Shown here piece by piece: positions 50,452 through 60,824 of a stretch of DNA of 64,000 nucleotides; the first letter of the stretch is position 1; every line of letters starts with the position of its first letter. A model generated the notes under the pieces. That model was not told the DNA's origin. It was given only the letters and a program-made list of their open reading frames with translations, and did not search any database. The stretch covers positions 800,001 through 864,000 of the forward strand of contig JASGHG010000001.1 of NCBI GenBank assembly GCA_047602425.1, read 5' to 3'. The translations under genes were made by a program, and so were the position numbers. Source of the stretch: Nibricoccus sp. (GTDB taxonomy: Bacteria; Verrucomicrobiota; Verrucomicrobiia; Opitutales; Opitutaceae).

Positions 50452-52254
50452 TCACCAATCGTGTAGATACGGCCGCTCGGCGGGGGGCTCGGGGAGTTGG
50501 TGCCAGTCTTCGAGATTCACGGGGCCGAGGAATTCGAGGACGTCAGCGGCTTCCTCCTCGTGTATCCATACGATGTCCCGGCAGAGCCAAAGTCTGAAGA
50601 TCCGGTCGTCGACAAACTCGCTGTCGTCTTCGTCTGAATCCTCGTCGTCGTCAACGGACGGGCTGGGCTCCTCCGGTTTGTCTCCTTCCTGCGGTTCGTC
50701 CCCGGTCGTCGCGGCGTCGGTGTCGATGACGAGGCCTTGTTGTTTCTGAAGGTTCAACTGGTGTTCGCGCTCCAGCATTTGCTTGCGCTCCTTGATCCGT
50801 TCCTGCGTGTCCTCCCACTCTTCGCGTTCGCGCTCGACATCAAACACGTCGTAGTCGGGTGTCTCATCCCATCTGTCTTCGTCCGGATCGCCGGCCAGTT
50901 CCACGTAGAAGACGAAGTCCCAATGGAAACGCGTGAGGCGGAGAAGCGGGTTGAGCGCGTCGACCATCTGCCGGAGGCGGAGCGTTTCGGTAGGGCGGAA
51001 AAGTTTCACCATGATCGTATGGCCCAAATCGGAGAACTGGATCCATTTCTCATCGCCAAAGGGGCTCAGTTTCTCGCGCGCGAGACGGGTGAACCATTTT
51101 CTCTCGGCGGGATCGAGCAGCGGATCGTCGCCAAAGAAGGCGGCGCGCTCCTGGGTGGGCATTTCGCGTCTGAGCGCCTTGTATTCAGGGTCGGTCGAAC
51201 GCCAGGTGATGAATCGGAACGGGCGCACGGGGCGCGGTTCGGGCGCGAAAAACTCCGACTCGTCGATAAAGCCGAGCGCGGCGTTCAACGTGGCGAGTTC
51301 GGTTTTGAGGACTTCGCAATTCGACTTCACCTCGCGCAAACTCGGGGAGTCGGAGAGCGGCGTAAGATCGAGGCCGTGTTCGCGCGTCAATTCGAGGGTG
51401 CGGAGTCGCGGCAAGCGGGCGAGCGGCGTGAGGTCGGTGAAGCGTTCACCCGTGAGCGTGAGTTCGCCCAACTGCACGAGCGAGGCGATGGGCGAAAGGT
51501 CTTCGAACGGGCCGCCGATTTTCAGTTTCTCCAACCGGGCGTAACGCTCCAAACCACGCAGGTGCGCGGTGGAATTGAGCTCCAACTCGCGCACAAGCGG
51601 CATCGCCGGGGCCTGCTCAAGCACGCGCAGGGGAATCGTCGCGCGATACCGTGAGAACACCGCGGTCTCCACGACGGGGAGTTCCGGCACTTCAGCCATT
51701 GCCAGAATATTTCCCTCGAAGGACAACTGTTTCAACCGTGGCAGTGTCGCGAGGCTCGTCAGTTCGGGCCAGGGCCATTCGAGGTTGAGAGAAAGTTTAT
51801 CCAATTGCGGATGGTTCGCCAGCGGCCCGAGGTCGGCGAGCTTCGTGTCGCGCAGTTCAAGCACGCACAACGACCGCAAGGCGTTCAGTCCTGAGAGGTC
51901 CGCCAGTTCGGAGCGAAGCTCGACCTTCGTGACATGCGGGAAAAATCGCAGCGCCGAAAGATCGCGCACCGGCCGGTCATGATACCGGTCGTTCGAGACG
52001 CCTTCGACCTGAGCCCAAACCTCGACGGTGTGCGCGAGTTTGTCGCGGTTGAGTTTCGGCCGATAGCCGGGGTTGAGCAGGCGGCGTTTGCGGTGCGTCA
52101 CCATCGCATCGTAGTCGTCGCGCGACCAAGGAGCTTTCGTAAGGCGTTTCCAAACGCTGTGCCCTTCTTCGATCAGCAGCTCGGCAAGATAGAGCTCTTC
52201 ATTGGTTCGGCGCGGGTCGATGGCCCACGTGGAAAATTCCTCGGCAAGATTCAT
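50452..52254 (-). CDS. Leucine-rich-repeat protein with acidic C-terminal region
   Basis: Repeated DLxxLxxLxxLxxLxL units (DLSALRFFP, DLSGLNAL, DLGPLA, DLSPIA, DLTPLA); Asp/Glu-rich tail. Confidence 0.85.
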   Translation of the reverse strand: MNLAEEFSTWAIDPRRTNEELYLAELLIEEGHSVWKRLTKAPWSRDDYDAMVTHRKRRLLNPGYRPKLNRDKLAHTVEVWAQVEGVSNDRYHDRPVRDLSALRFFPHVTKVELRSELADLSGLNALRSLCVLELRDTKLADLGPLANHPQLDKLSLNLEWPWPELTSLATLPRLKQLSFEGNILAMAEVPELPVVETAVFSRYRATIPLRVLEQAPAMPLVRELELNSTAHLRGLERYARLEKLKIGGPFEDLSPIASLVQLGELTLTGERFTDLTPLARLPRLRTLELTREHGLDLTPLSDSPSLREVKSNCEVLKTELATLNAALGFIDESEFFAPEPRPVRPFRFITWRSTDPEYKALRREMPTQERAAFFGDDPLLDPAERKWFTRLAREKLSPFGDEKWIQFSDLGHTIMVKLFRPTETLRLRQMVDALNPLLRLTRFHWDFVFYVELAGDPDEDRWDETPDYDVFDVEREREEWEDTQERIKERKQMLEREHQLNLQKQQGLVIDTDAATTGDEPQEGDKPEEPSPSVDDDEDSDEDDSEFVDDRIFRLWLCRDIVWIHEEEAADVLEFLGPVNLEDWHQLPEPPAERPYLHDW

Positions 52255-52379
52255 GGATGGATGTTTCGGTTGGCCCCAGTCGCCGGAAATGCCGGGGATC
52301 GGTGGTTGTGGTAAAGGGCGAAACCACGCAGGGCAAGCGCAGGGTGCAAGGGCGCAGGCGGCTTACAACCGAAACCCCC

Positions 52380-52459
52380 TTTTTTACGCGAAGTTCGCGA
52401 AGGATAAGAAATACTGACGGCCCTGATCGAATGGTGGGGCGACTTGTCCCCGTAGAGCC
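52380..52459. repeat. ~80-bp imperfect direct repeat, copy B
   Basis: Aligns with 50260-50339. Confidence 0.8.
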
Positions 52460-52498
52460 GGGTTTCGTGGCGGGCCCTTTCGCGCAAAGCCGCTGGCC

Positions 52499-52903
52499 CT
52501 AGCCCTCCTTCGACCCTTCGCCATTCGCCAGTTTCTCGGCTTCGGTCGTCTCCCATTTCAGCTCGTCGACCCGAAACAAGCGCTCCCCACAACTGCAAAC
52601 GAGCTGTTTTTCGTCGTACCATATTTTTTCGCATCGGCGGCACAGCAGACCATTGATAGGTGTACGGCGACGGCGGACGCGGGGTATTCCGAAGGCCACA
52701 ATCACCAGCACGAGCGGCATGAGGAGGAGCATGAACACTAGCCTCTGAAAATCCCTGGGAGCGTACTGATGCCTGGAAAAGAAATCCACGAAAACGAACG
52801 TCCACGAAAAAACCAGCAGGACCGTCCCAAGCCATCGCCACCCTTTCTTTCGTCGGGCTTCACGAGCCGCTTCGATTTCCTCGATTTTTCTGATCTGCCA
52901 CAT
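52499..52903 (-). CDS. Hypothetical two-TM protein with CxxC...CxC motif
   Basis: Two hydrophobic helices then LCRRC...VCSCG; start uncertain. Confidence 0.6.
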   Translation of the reverse strand: MWQIRKIEEIEAAREARRKKGWRWLGTVLLVFSWTFVFVDFFSRHQYAPRDFQRLVFMLLLMPLVLVIVAFGIPRVRRRRTPINGLLCRRCEKIWYDEKQLVCSCGERLFRVDELKWETTEAEKLANGEGSKEG

Positions 52904-52986
52904 GCTGGGCAATGGTGGTACTCGCGGCGCCGGGTAAAGCCGAGCTAAAATCCGCTCGGCTGCCTGAGCTTCGCAATTTGTTTCAG

Positions 52987-53586
52987 CTAGGCGGCCTTCC
53001 CCTCGAGGCGGGGGCGCATGAGCAGCATTCCATAATGATATTGGCAGCAGGCCGATAAATCCTGGTCGCGCAGGAAAACGAAACCCGCCGCTTCCGCCCA
53101 GGCCCGGCATTGCTCCGGGCGTGGACGAACCGTCATCGACGGGCCGCGCGGGGTCGTCGGATCGTATTTCCAGTGAATAATCGAAACCACGCCGCCCGGC
53201 TTCAAAATCCTATAAGCCTCCGCCAGCAATCGCACCGGCTGTTCGATATGCAGGAGATTGTAGATCATGGTGTGGTCGACACTTGAGGCGGGCAAGGCCG
53301 TGCCTTGGGTCACAAAATCGCGCACCTCCGCCCGGACGTTCGCCAGGCCCAGGCGACGAGCCTTCTGTTGTACCTGTGCCACGAGTTCGGGTTCGATGTC
53401 GAAAGCATGGACGATGCCGGTCGTTCGCGTGGCGACCGGAAATGTGAAGGTGCCATAACCGCTGCCAAACTCCGCCACGTGCTCGGTTTTGCCGCGGGCA
53501 CATTCTAATTTTTCAACGATGCACTCGGCGTCGTAGAAGGACTGCCAATAGGTTTCGTCGGGCATGCCACTTTCACGACCTTTCAT
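52987..53586 (-). CDS. Class I SAM-dependent methyltransferase
   Basis: AEFGSGYGTF, AFDIE, AYRILKPGG. Confidence 0.9.
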   Translation of the reverse strand: MKGRESGMPDETYWQSFYDAECIVEKLECARGKTEHVAEFGSGYGTFTFPVATRTTGIVHAFDIEPELVAQVQQKARRLGLANVRAEVRDFVTQGTALPASSVDHTMIYNLLHIEQPVRLLAEAYRILKPGGVVSIIHWKYDPTTPRGPSMTVRPRPEQCRAWAEAAGFVFLRDQDLSACCQYHYGMLLMRPRLEGKAA

Positions 53587-53760
53587 AAGCGCGGTAAAAT
53601 AACATTCTCGCTCAACCCGGCAAGGCGCCCTTCAACTTTGCGCTTCGCGTTGTCTTCCTGATTGTTTACACGTCTTTCATCCTGCTCAAACCCAGCCACA
53701 AGGAACTTCGCGACACCGAACCTGACTGATCTGCCTTCCTCTTTGCATTCCAAATTTTCC

Positions 53761-55677
53761 ATGACCTCCCTTTCCTTTCGCCAACTCTTCCGTGCCCTCG
53801 CCGCGCTGGGCGCTTTGTCCTTCGCGCTCGCGCTGACCGCCGCGTCCGCTTTTGCCGACGATACGCCGGCTCCCGCAGCCACGGCGGCCGAAGCCGACAC
53901 GATCATTTCGACGAAACCAATGGCGTTCGAAACCGAAGACGGCAATGCCCACGGCGATCTCACCGTTCCGCCCGAGGTCCTCGGCACCGAAACCATTCCT
54001 CATCTTTTCTTCACCATCACCGCCAATCCGCAGCATGGCCGTGTCGGCCTGGCTGGCGGTGACGACGCCGATTTCTACAACAACGCCACTTCCCGCCAGG
54101 GCTATTTCCTCTATCAGGCGAATCCCGACTACGAGGGAACTGACTCCTTCAGCTATTCCGTGCGCAACGAAACCACCGGTCTCGTCTCCAAGAACACGGT
54201 CACAATCACGATGAAGATGCCGGCGCCCATGGTATTGGACAAATACCAGATCGAGGCCACCCAGGACCGCACCTTGACGGTCCGCGAGGTCGAAATCACC
54301 ACCCGCCCCAACCTGCCCGTCACCCAAAAGGTCCTCAGTCACGAAGATTTCATGGCCTCGGACGTCCGCGCCGCCATCGCCAACGCCAAGATCGCCTACG
54401 TGCTCGACGAAAAGAAGAAGCCCAAAAACGGCACGGCCAAGCTCGATCGCACCACCGGCCAGCTCACCTACGCGCCCAACCCGGGTTTTGTCGGCGAAGA
54501 CCGGTTCGGCTATTATACGTTCGACGAAAACAACCAGCAGCTGGGCGTCGACAACTTCATCAAGGTCTCGGTCGAACCCATTCGCACGCCCCAACACATC
54601 ATGGTTGACCGCTCCAAGAGCCGCGAGGTCGACCTCGTCTTCGTTATCAACAATTCGCCTTCGATGGCCGCGCATCAGAGCCGGATCGCCGCCAACCTGA
54701 GTCGCTTCCGCCAGCTCTTCCGCGAGCGCGATCTCGACTACCGCATCGGCGTACTCACGACCGACTTCGTCAATGCCGAGCCGGGCCGCAGCGTCAATGA
54801 CCAGCCGTATTTCAAGCAGGTCCGCTCCACCGAATTCGACAAGGCCGGAAACCCCGTGCTCGACAAAAACAAGAAACCAAAGACCACCACCAAACGCGTG
54901 GCCAGCAATGGCCTGCTCGTGACTCTTCCCGTGCTGGACCAGCCGTGGATTACGCCGCAGACACCCGACAGCCTGTTTGCCGAACTGGTCAAAGTAGGCA
55001 CCAACGGCAACAGCAACCGCACCGCATTTACCTCGGTGTATAATTTCGTCGCCGGTTACTACAACAAGCAGCACACCTTCCTGCGTCCCGACGCCATGAC
55101 GATCGTCGTCTTCTTCATGGACGAAGAAGAGACGCGCATGGCCACTTGGAAGGACGACAAGCCCGGCCGTGATGGCGTTCGTGAAGCCGAGTGGATTGAA
55201 GACGGCAAACTGCCCGACCTGCTTAACCAATATAACAAACGCAATCCCCAGAAACGCCTGACACTCGACGGCTACATCGAGCAATGGGTGCTGCGCCCCT
55301 TCATCATCGTCAAAGGCAACAAGCGCGGAAAACTCGAAATGGACGCGGTGGTGTCGCCGAAAAACATTTCGCATCGCCGCGCTGCGGAACTCACCGGCGG
55401 CACCGTGTTGAACATCGAAAGCGATTTCTCCGGCGCGCTCGCCGCGCTCGGCGACCGCATCGCCGAGACTGTCGCCGTCGCGCTCGACCCTGTCGCGCCT
55501 GGCTCCACGCTCTACAAGAAAAGCCTCCGCGTGCTGGTCGACGGCGAGGAAGTCGGCGCCGATCCAGAAAATGGATACAGCTACGACGAGCGCACGCACA
55601 GCGTCCGCTTCCAAGGCGCCGCCAAGAAAAAAGCTTTCACCGCGAAAATCGACATCACCTACGAAGAGCACCGGTGA
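53761..55677 (+). CDS. Secreted protein with two Ig-like (Big_9/cadherin-like) repeats and a vWA-like domain
   Basis: Signal peptide; PQHG...Y.ANPDYEGTDSFSY and PKNG...YAPNPGFVGEDRFGY; VDLVFVINNSPSM...DYRIGVLTTD. Confidence 0.8.
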   Translation: MTSLSFRQLFRALAALGALSFALALTAASAFADDTPAPAATAAEADTIISTKPMAFETEDGNAHGDLTVPPEVLGTETIPHLFFTITANPQHGRVGLAGGDDADFYNNATSRQGYFLYQANPDYEGTDSFSYSVRNETTGLVSKNTVTITMKMPAPMVLDKYQIEATQDRTLTVREVEITTRPNLPVTQKVLSHEDFMASDVRAAIANAKIAYVLDEKKKPKNGTAKLDRTTGQLTYAPNPGFVGEDRFGYYTFDENNQQLGVDNFIKVSVEPIRTPQHIMVDRSKSREVDLVFVINNSPSMAAHQSRIAANLSRFRQLFRERDLDYRIGVLTTDFVNAEPGRSVNDQPYFKQVRSTEFDKAGNPVLDKNKKPKTTTKRVASNGLLVTLPVLDQPWITPQTPDSLFAELVKVGTNGNSNRTAFTSVYNFVAGYYNKQHTFLRPDAMTIVVFFMDEEETRMATWKDDKPGRDGVREAEWIEDGKLPDLLNQYNKRNPQKRLTLDGYIEQWVLRPFIIVKGNKRGKLEMDAVVSPKNISHRRAAELTGGTVLNIESDFSGALAALGDRIAETVAVALDPVAPGSTLYKKSLRVLVDGEEVGADPENGYSYDERTHSVRFQGAAKKKAFTAKIDITYEEHR

Positions 55678-55765
55678 GCTAAAGTGGAGAGGCCTGACCG
55701 CTGGCGGCATTCCTAAACCTAGGCCACGCATTATTCTCTCTCGTTCTCTTTATCTTTTTCCAACC

Positions 55766-55796
55766 AAAGCCCCGCGCCAAACGCGCGGGGCTTTTT
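55766..55796 (+). terminator. Intrinsic terminator
   Basis: AAAGCCCCGCGC/GCGCGGGGCTTT plus T-run. Confidence 0.85.
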
Positions 55797-55869
55797 GCAT
55801 CTTGGAAACGAGAACCCGCCTGCCGCCGCCATTCGATCTCCTGATGCATACGATAAAAAAGCCTCATTC

Positions 55870-55886
55870 GTGACAGATCTGTGACA
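55870..55886 (+). promoter_or_regulatory. GTGAC direct-repeat box (11-bp period)
   Basis: GTGACA-gatct-GTGACA, 35 nt before MCP ATG; matching box at 58253-58269. Confidence 0.55.
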
Positions 55887-55921
55887 TGTTCCTCACGCCA
55901 TTCGACTAAAGTCCGAGTCGA

Positions 55922-57538
55922 ATGAAAAATTGGACAATTGCGAAACGTATCACCACCGGTGGTACCACTCTCCTCGTACTCTTGCTCGTCGTTAGCGCCG
56001 TAGCTGTTTCCGCCCTCTCGCGTCTGGAAACCTTCGCCGGCAAACGGTTGCGCGATGATGCCATACCCGGCATCGTCTACGCCTCAGAGCTTACTTCACA
56101 AACGCTGCGCGGCTATATCCGTCTGCTCATGGCGGCAAATGCTCCCACCGAAGCCAAACGCGACGACCATCTCGCGAAGGGAGACAAGGCCGTGGAAGAC
56201 GCCTCAAAAGCGATGGACAGCTATGAGCAACGCATAACCGCTGCGGAGGATCGCGCCAATTTCGAAGACTTGAAAGTCAAACGTGCCGCCTTCCGCGAGG
56301 CTCGGGCCACGTACATCGCTTTTCTTAAGGCCAACAAAATTGCCGAAGCAGAAGCCTTCGAGCAGGAAAAGATGGAGCCTCTCTACTTCTCGTTTCGCGA
56401 ACAGATCACCAAGATCGCTGCCTGGAACGAAGCGGTGGCAATAAAGGTGACCGAAGAAATGGTCACAACTTCTCACGGCGCCAAGTTCGTCGCCACACTC
56501 GTCGCCAGCCTCAGCATTCTCACCGCCCTTGTGCTTGGCTGGATAATCATTCGCAGCACCAACCGCGCTTTGCAGCAAATGGCTGGTTCCCTCGACGACG
56601 CCTCCAGCCAGGTGGCCGCCGCCGCGCGTCAGGTATCCGTCGGCAGCCAGTCGCTCGCCGAAGGCGCCAGCGAACAGGCTTCCAGCCTCGAAGAATCCAG
56701 CTCTTCCCTCGAAGAACTCGCCTCCATGACCAAGCGCAATGCCGAGAGCGCCGTTTCCGCCAAAACTTTTTCGGGCGAAGCCCGCATTGCTGCCAATGCC
56801 GGCAACGGTGATATGACCGAAATGCGCCGGGCAATGGACGCCATCAAAACCTCTTCGAACGATATCGCCAATATCATCAAGTCCATCGACGAAATCGCCT
56901 TCCAAACCAACATCCTCGCCCTAAACGCCGCCGTTGAAGCCGCCCGCGCCGGCGCGGCCGGAGCCGGTTTCGCCGTCGTCGCCGACGAAGTTCGCGCTCT
57001 CGCGCAGCGCTCGGCCACCTCCGCCAAGGAAACCGCCTCCAAGATCGAAGTCGCCATCCAGAACAGCGACCACGGCGTACGCATCTCCGAGAAGGTCGCC
57101 AGTTCCCTCGGTGTCATCCTCGAAAAAGTCCTCAAGGTCGACGAACTCGTTGCCGAGATTTCCACCGCATCCAGCGAACAGAACCAAGGCATCAGTCAGA
57201 TCAATACTGCGGTGAGCCAGATGGACAAGGTCACGCAGTCCAACGCCGCGAACGCCGAGGAAACCGCCGCCGCGGCTGAGGAACTCACCGCCCAGTCCGC
57301 CTCGTTGAAGGACACTGTCGGCCATTTGCGCGAGCTCGTCGGTGGCAACGACAAAACGAATCAGCCGGCAATTTCCGAACCGGACGCTCCAGCCAAATCG
57401 GTTTCTGCGCTTCCCCGGAAACGATCGACTTTCAGCGGCCCCGCGCTCATCTCCACCCGCCCTCCACAGCGCCATAAGCCGCTCGCCTCAACCGGATCTC
57501 ACAACGATGCCAACGGCAACTTTTTCAAAGACGCCTGA
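55922..57538 (+). CDS. Methyl-accepting chemotaxis protein (four-helix-bundle sensor)
   Basis: Two TMs; [20 protein letters not shown]...[10 protein letters not shown]. Confidence 0.95.
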   Translation: MKNWTIAKRITTGGTTLLVLLLVVSAVAVSALSRLETFAGKRLRDDAIPGIVYASELTSQTLRGYIRLLMAANAPTEAKRDDHLAKGDKAVEDASKAMDSYEQRITAAEDRANFEDLKVKRAAFREARATYIAFLKANKIAEAEAFEQEKMEPLYFSFREQITKIAAWNEAVAIKVTEEMVTTSHGAKFVATLVASLSILTALVLGWIIIRSTNRALQQMAGSLDDASSQVAAAARQVSVGSQSLAEGASEQASSLEESSSSLEELASMTKRNAESAVSAKTFSGEARIAANAGNGDMTEMRRAMDAIKTSSNDIANIIKSIDEIAFQTNILALNAAVEAARAGAAGAGFAVVADEVRALAQRSATSAKETASKIEVAIQNSDHGVRISEKVASSLGVILEKVLKVDELVAEISTASSEQNQGISQINTAVSQMDKVTQSNAANAEETAAAAEELTAQSASLKDTVGHLRELVGGNDKTNQPAISEPDAPAKSVSALPRKRSTFSGPALISTRPPQRHKPLASTGSHNDANGNFFKDA

Positions 57539-57607
57539 TCTGCAAACAACCCTGGGCCGTCACCGTCTTCAAAATAACATCAGTCACAGAAAACCGTCTT
57601 TCATCCC

Positions 57608-58111
57608 ATGAGTACCGATGCAGTCCTCGCCTCTTCTCTCCAAATTCTCGCCGGCAAATATCTGACCGTCGTCCTCGACAACGAAGCCTACGGCATCTCG
57701 GTGCTGAAGGTGCGTGAAATTATCCGCATGCAGAAAATCACTCCGATCCCGCAGATGCCGGAATTCGTCAAAGGCGTGATCAATCTGCGCGGCCGTGTGA
57801 TTCCCGTCGTCGATCTGCGCGTGAAGTTCGGACTCAAGGGCGAGTTCACCGAGCGCACCTGCGTGGTTGTTGTCCAAGTCGAAGTCACCTCGGCCAAGAC
57901 CATGCAAATGGGTCTGGTGGTTGATTCGGTTGAGGAAGTCCTCAACGTCTCCGCGGACATGATCGAACCCACGCCTGAGTTTGGCACAGTCATCGACACC
58001 AGCTACCTTCTCGGCATGGTGAAGGCCAAGGGCCAGGTCAAAACCCTCCTCGACATCAATCGCGTGGTTGCGCCGGAAACCGTGCAATCCCTCGCTCGCA
58101 GCGCCGCCTAA
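57608..58111 (+). CDS. cheW: Chemotaxis coupling protein CheW
   Basis: YGI.V.KVREI, GVINLRGRVIPVVDLR, GLVVDSVEEV. Confidence 0.95.
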   Translation: MSTDAVLASSLQILAGKYLTVVLDNEAYGISVLKVREIIRMQKITPIPQMPEFVKGVINLRGRVIPVVDLRVKFGLKGEFTERTCVVVVQVEVTSAKTMQMGLVVDSVEEVLNVSADMIEPTPEFGTVIDTSYLLGMVKAKGQVKTLLDINRVVAPETVQSLARSAA

Positions 58112-58252
58112 AAACTGCGTTCTCTTCAGCATTCTGATCGCGCGCCTCGCTTTCCGGGGTGCCGGGAAGGTCGCGTGGCCGCATTCCCGAATTCGGGCAG
58201 GGTATTTTACCGAGGTGCTTTTTACGCTTTTAAGAGAATTAACCCGGTGGTT

Positions 58253-58269
58253 GTGACGATAATGTGACA
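58253..58269 (+). promoter_or_regulatory. GTGAC direct-repeat box (11-bp period)
   Basis: GTGACG-ataat-GTGACA, 33 nt before second MCP ATG. Confidence 0.55.
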
Positions 58270-58302
58270 AGCCTCCAGCTCTTCCTCGTTATACTCTCAT
58301 CC

Positions 58303-60441
58303 ATGAAATTGGAAATCGGCTCACCGATCACTCCGCGCAAGACATCCTTCGGCGACACCCAGTCCGGGAAAAAAGCCCGCTTTTTTTCCCGTACAAAAAT
58401 TAGCACCAAAATCACTCTGCTGGGTGGCGTGCCGGTCGTCGTCACGGTGGCGGCGATTTGTCTCAGTATATTGTTTCAGCGCGAACGGCTCGCGCAGAAT
58501 GTCGATAGCACGATCAATCAGCAGGCGGTCAACGAGGCTTCGAAGATCGCCCGCAACGCCTATTTACTTTGCGCCAGCAATGAGGCGCGCAATCAGCGGG
58601 AACTCGCGCACAGCTTGGAGGCGGCGCGCGATTTGCTCGCTCAAGCCGGCGGCGTCCGGCTGTCGGAGGAAACCGTCACCTGGCAGGCGGCCAATCAGTT
58701 GACCAAGCAGACGGCGGAACAGGCCCTGCCGAAGCTTTTAATCGGGACCCGCTGGCCGGGCCAGAATACGCTAGCCACCACGCCGGCGCCCGTGGTCGAC
58801 GACGTCCGCCACTTTACCGGAAGCTTCTGCACCATCTTTCAACGCATGAATGACGCCGGCGATATGCTTCGCGTTTGCACGAGTGTGCTCAAAACGGATG
58901 GCACGCGCGCGCTCGGCACTTACATTCCCGCGAAAAACCCCGATGGCTCCAACAACGTCGTGGTCGAGACCGTGCTTTCGGGCAAAACTTACAGCGGGCG
59001 CGCCTTCGTGGTGAACGACTGGCACGTGGCCTCCTACGAACCGATTTGGGACGATGCCCACGGCCGGATCATCGGCATGCTCTACGTCGGCGTGCCGCTC
59101 GCAACGATCAATCAGGAGCTCCGCGATGCCATCATGAAAATGAAAGTGGGCAAAACCGGTTACGTTTTCGTCATCGGAACCAAGGGCGATCAACGCGGAC
59201 GCTATATTATTTCGCATCAAGGCAAACGTGATGGAGAAAACCTCTGGGAGGCGAAAGACGCCGCCGGAAGTCTCTTTATCCAGAACATCGTCAACAAGGC
59301 GCTGGCCACCCGCGATGGCGACACCGCCGTAGAAACCTACCCTTGGAAAAACGAAGGTGACGCGGCCCCTCGCCTCAAGCTGACCGCCATCACTTATCAT
59401 CCCGCGTGGGACTGGGCCATTGGGGCAGGAGCTTACGTGGACGATTTTTCAGAGGTGCGCAGCCATCTCGACAACGCCCAGAAAAGGCTCATCTGGTCCG
59501 TGGTGGGTGTGGCCCTTGTAGGCGCGGTGTTGGCGACGTTGGCTGGTTTTCTTTTTTCACGTCGCATCTCGAAACCCGTTACGGAAGTGATTGCGGAGCT
59601 CCGCAAGGGGGCCGATCAGGTCACAAGTTCCGCCAATCAGGTTGCGATGGCCAGCAAGTCTCTGGCTGATGGTTCGAGCTCGCAGGCTGCCAGCCTCGAA
59701 GAGTCGAGCGCCTCGCTGGAGGAGCTCTCATCGATGACCAAGCGCAACGCCGAGAACGCCTCGTCGGCCAAGGAAGCTGCCGTTCAAGCGCGGCAGTCAG
59801 CGGAAGCAGGCACGGATCGCATGCAGGCCATGTTGAACGCGATGCAGGCCATCACCGCGGCCAGCGACGAAATCTCCAAGATCCTCAAGACCATCGACGA
59901 AATTTCCTTCCAGACCAATATCCTCGCCCTGAACGCCGCGGTCGAAGCCGCAAGAGCCGGTGAAGCCGGCGCAGGTTTTGCGGTGGTCGCCGAGGAAGTG
60001 CGGGCACTCGCCCAACGCTCCGCCATGGCCGCAAAAGAAACCGCCGCCAGAATCGACGATTCCGTGACCAAGAGCCGGCAAGGCGCCGGGATCAGCGAAG
60101 AGGTCGCGCGCAGTTTTGAGGCAATCCAACAGCAGATCGTCCAGCTTGACCGCTTGGTCGGTGAAATAGCCACTGCCTCCAACGAACAGAGTCAGGGTCT
60201 CGAACAAATTACCACCGCCATCGCTCAAATGGATCACGTCACCCAGGCCAACGCCGCCAGTGCCGAAGAATCCGCCGCCGCCTCGCAAGATCTCGATGCC
60301 CAGGCGAAGCTGCTCAGCGGCGCCGTAGGCAGCCTGCAGGCGCTCGTCGGAGGTGCGAAAGAATCTTCCGAGCAAAAACCACCTGCCATGAGTAAAACGC
60401 CTTCCGCAGCCAAGGCGCGACGCGAGCGCGTTGCGGTTTAG
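58303..60441 (+). CDS. Methyl-accepting chemotaxis protein (Cache-type sensor)
   Basis: CTIFQRMN...RV.TSV...[42 protein letters not shown]. Confidence 0.95.
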   Translation: MKLEIGSPITPRKTSFGDTQSGKKARFFSRTKISTKITLLGGVPVVVTVAAICLSILFQRERLAQNVDSTINQQAVNEASKIARNAYLLCASNEARNQRELAHSLEAARDLLAQAGGVRLSEETVTWQAANQLTKQTAEQALPKLLIGTRWPGQNTLATTPAPVVDDVRHFTGSFCTIFQRMNDAGDMLRVCTSVLKTDGTRALGTYIPAKNPDGSNNVVVETVLSGKTYSGRAFVVNDWHVASYEPIWDDAHGRIIGMLYVGVPLATINQELRDAIMKMKVGKTGYVFVIGTKGDQRGRYIISHQGKRDGENLWEAKDAAGSLFIQNIVNKALATRDGDTAVETYPWKNEGDAAPRLKLTAITYHPAWDWAIGAGAYVDDFSEVRSHLDNAQKRLIWSVVGVALVGAVLATLAGFLFSRRISKPVTEVIAELRKGADQVTSSANQVAMASKSLADGSSSQAASLEESSASLEELSSMTKRNAENASSAKEAAVQARQSAEAGTDRMQAMLNAMQAITAASDEISKILKTIDEISFQTNILALNAAVEAARAGEAGAGFAVVAEEVRALAQRSAMAAKETAARIDDSVTKSRQGAGISEEVARSFEAIQQQIVQLDRLVGEIATASNEQSQGLEQITTAIAQMDHVTQANAASAEESAAASQDLDAQAKLLSGAVGSLQALVGGAKESSEQKPPAMSKTPSAAKARRERVAV

Positions 60442-60468
60442 GATTTCTCGCACCCCGCACGCTCCGCT

Positions 60469-60541
60469 GTAGGAGCGGGTTTATCCCGCGACGGCTTGCG
60501 TTCGTTCCCGTTAAAAAATCACGGCGTAAAGCCGCTCCTCC
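60469..60541. repeat. Inverted REP doublet (GTAGGAGCG class)
   Basis: GTAGGAGCGGGTTTATCCCGCGA and inverted degenerate copy at 60519-60541. Confidence 0.75.
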
Positions 60542-60824
60542 AGTTGGACCTCATGCGCCTGACTGCGAAGGGTAGAAATTGGGGTTGCTAGCATCACCCG
60601 CTCCTTTCAAACAGGGCGGAGATAGTCAGGGAGGAGAATCTTTTGAATTTTTCATCCATACCCCAGGGAGCGTCGTGCGGTTGCGTTCATTACCTCGTGA
60701 ATCGGCACCACCATGCCCTCGCGCATCCTCTCAATCGTCGTGGCGCAAACGGGCCCTTAACGGCGTCACGACGCAAACTCTCTAGTTCCGACTACAACGT
60801 CACAACATCGTAACTATATCAGTC

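Noticed and set aside
43688..53586. Integron cassette array
   Set aside because: No intI, and no convincing RYYYAAC...GTTRRRY attC pairs seen
53686..55731. Long antisense ORFs (also 42359-43648, 40877-41944, 35919-37313, 5761-7206, 62037-63197, 63244-63996)
   Set aside because: Shadow frames of well-supported genes, expected with high-GC codon bias
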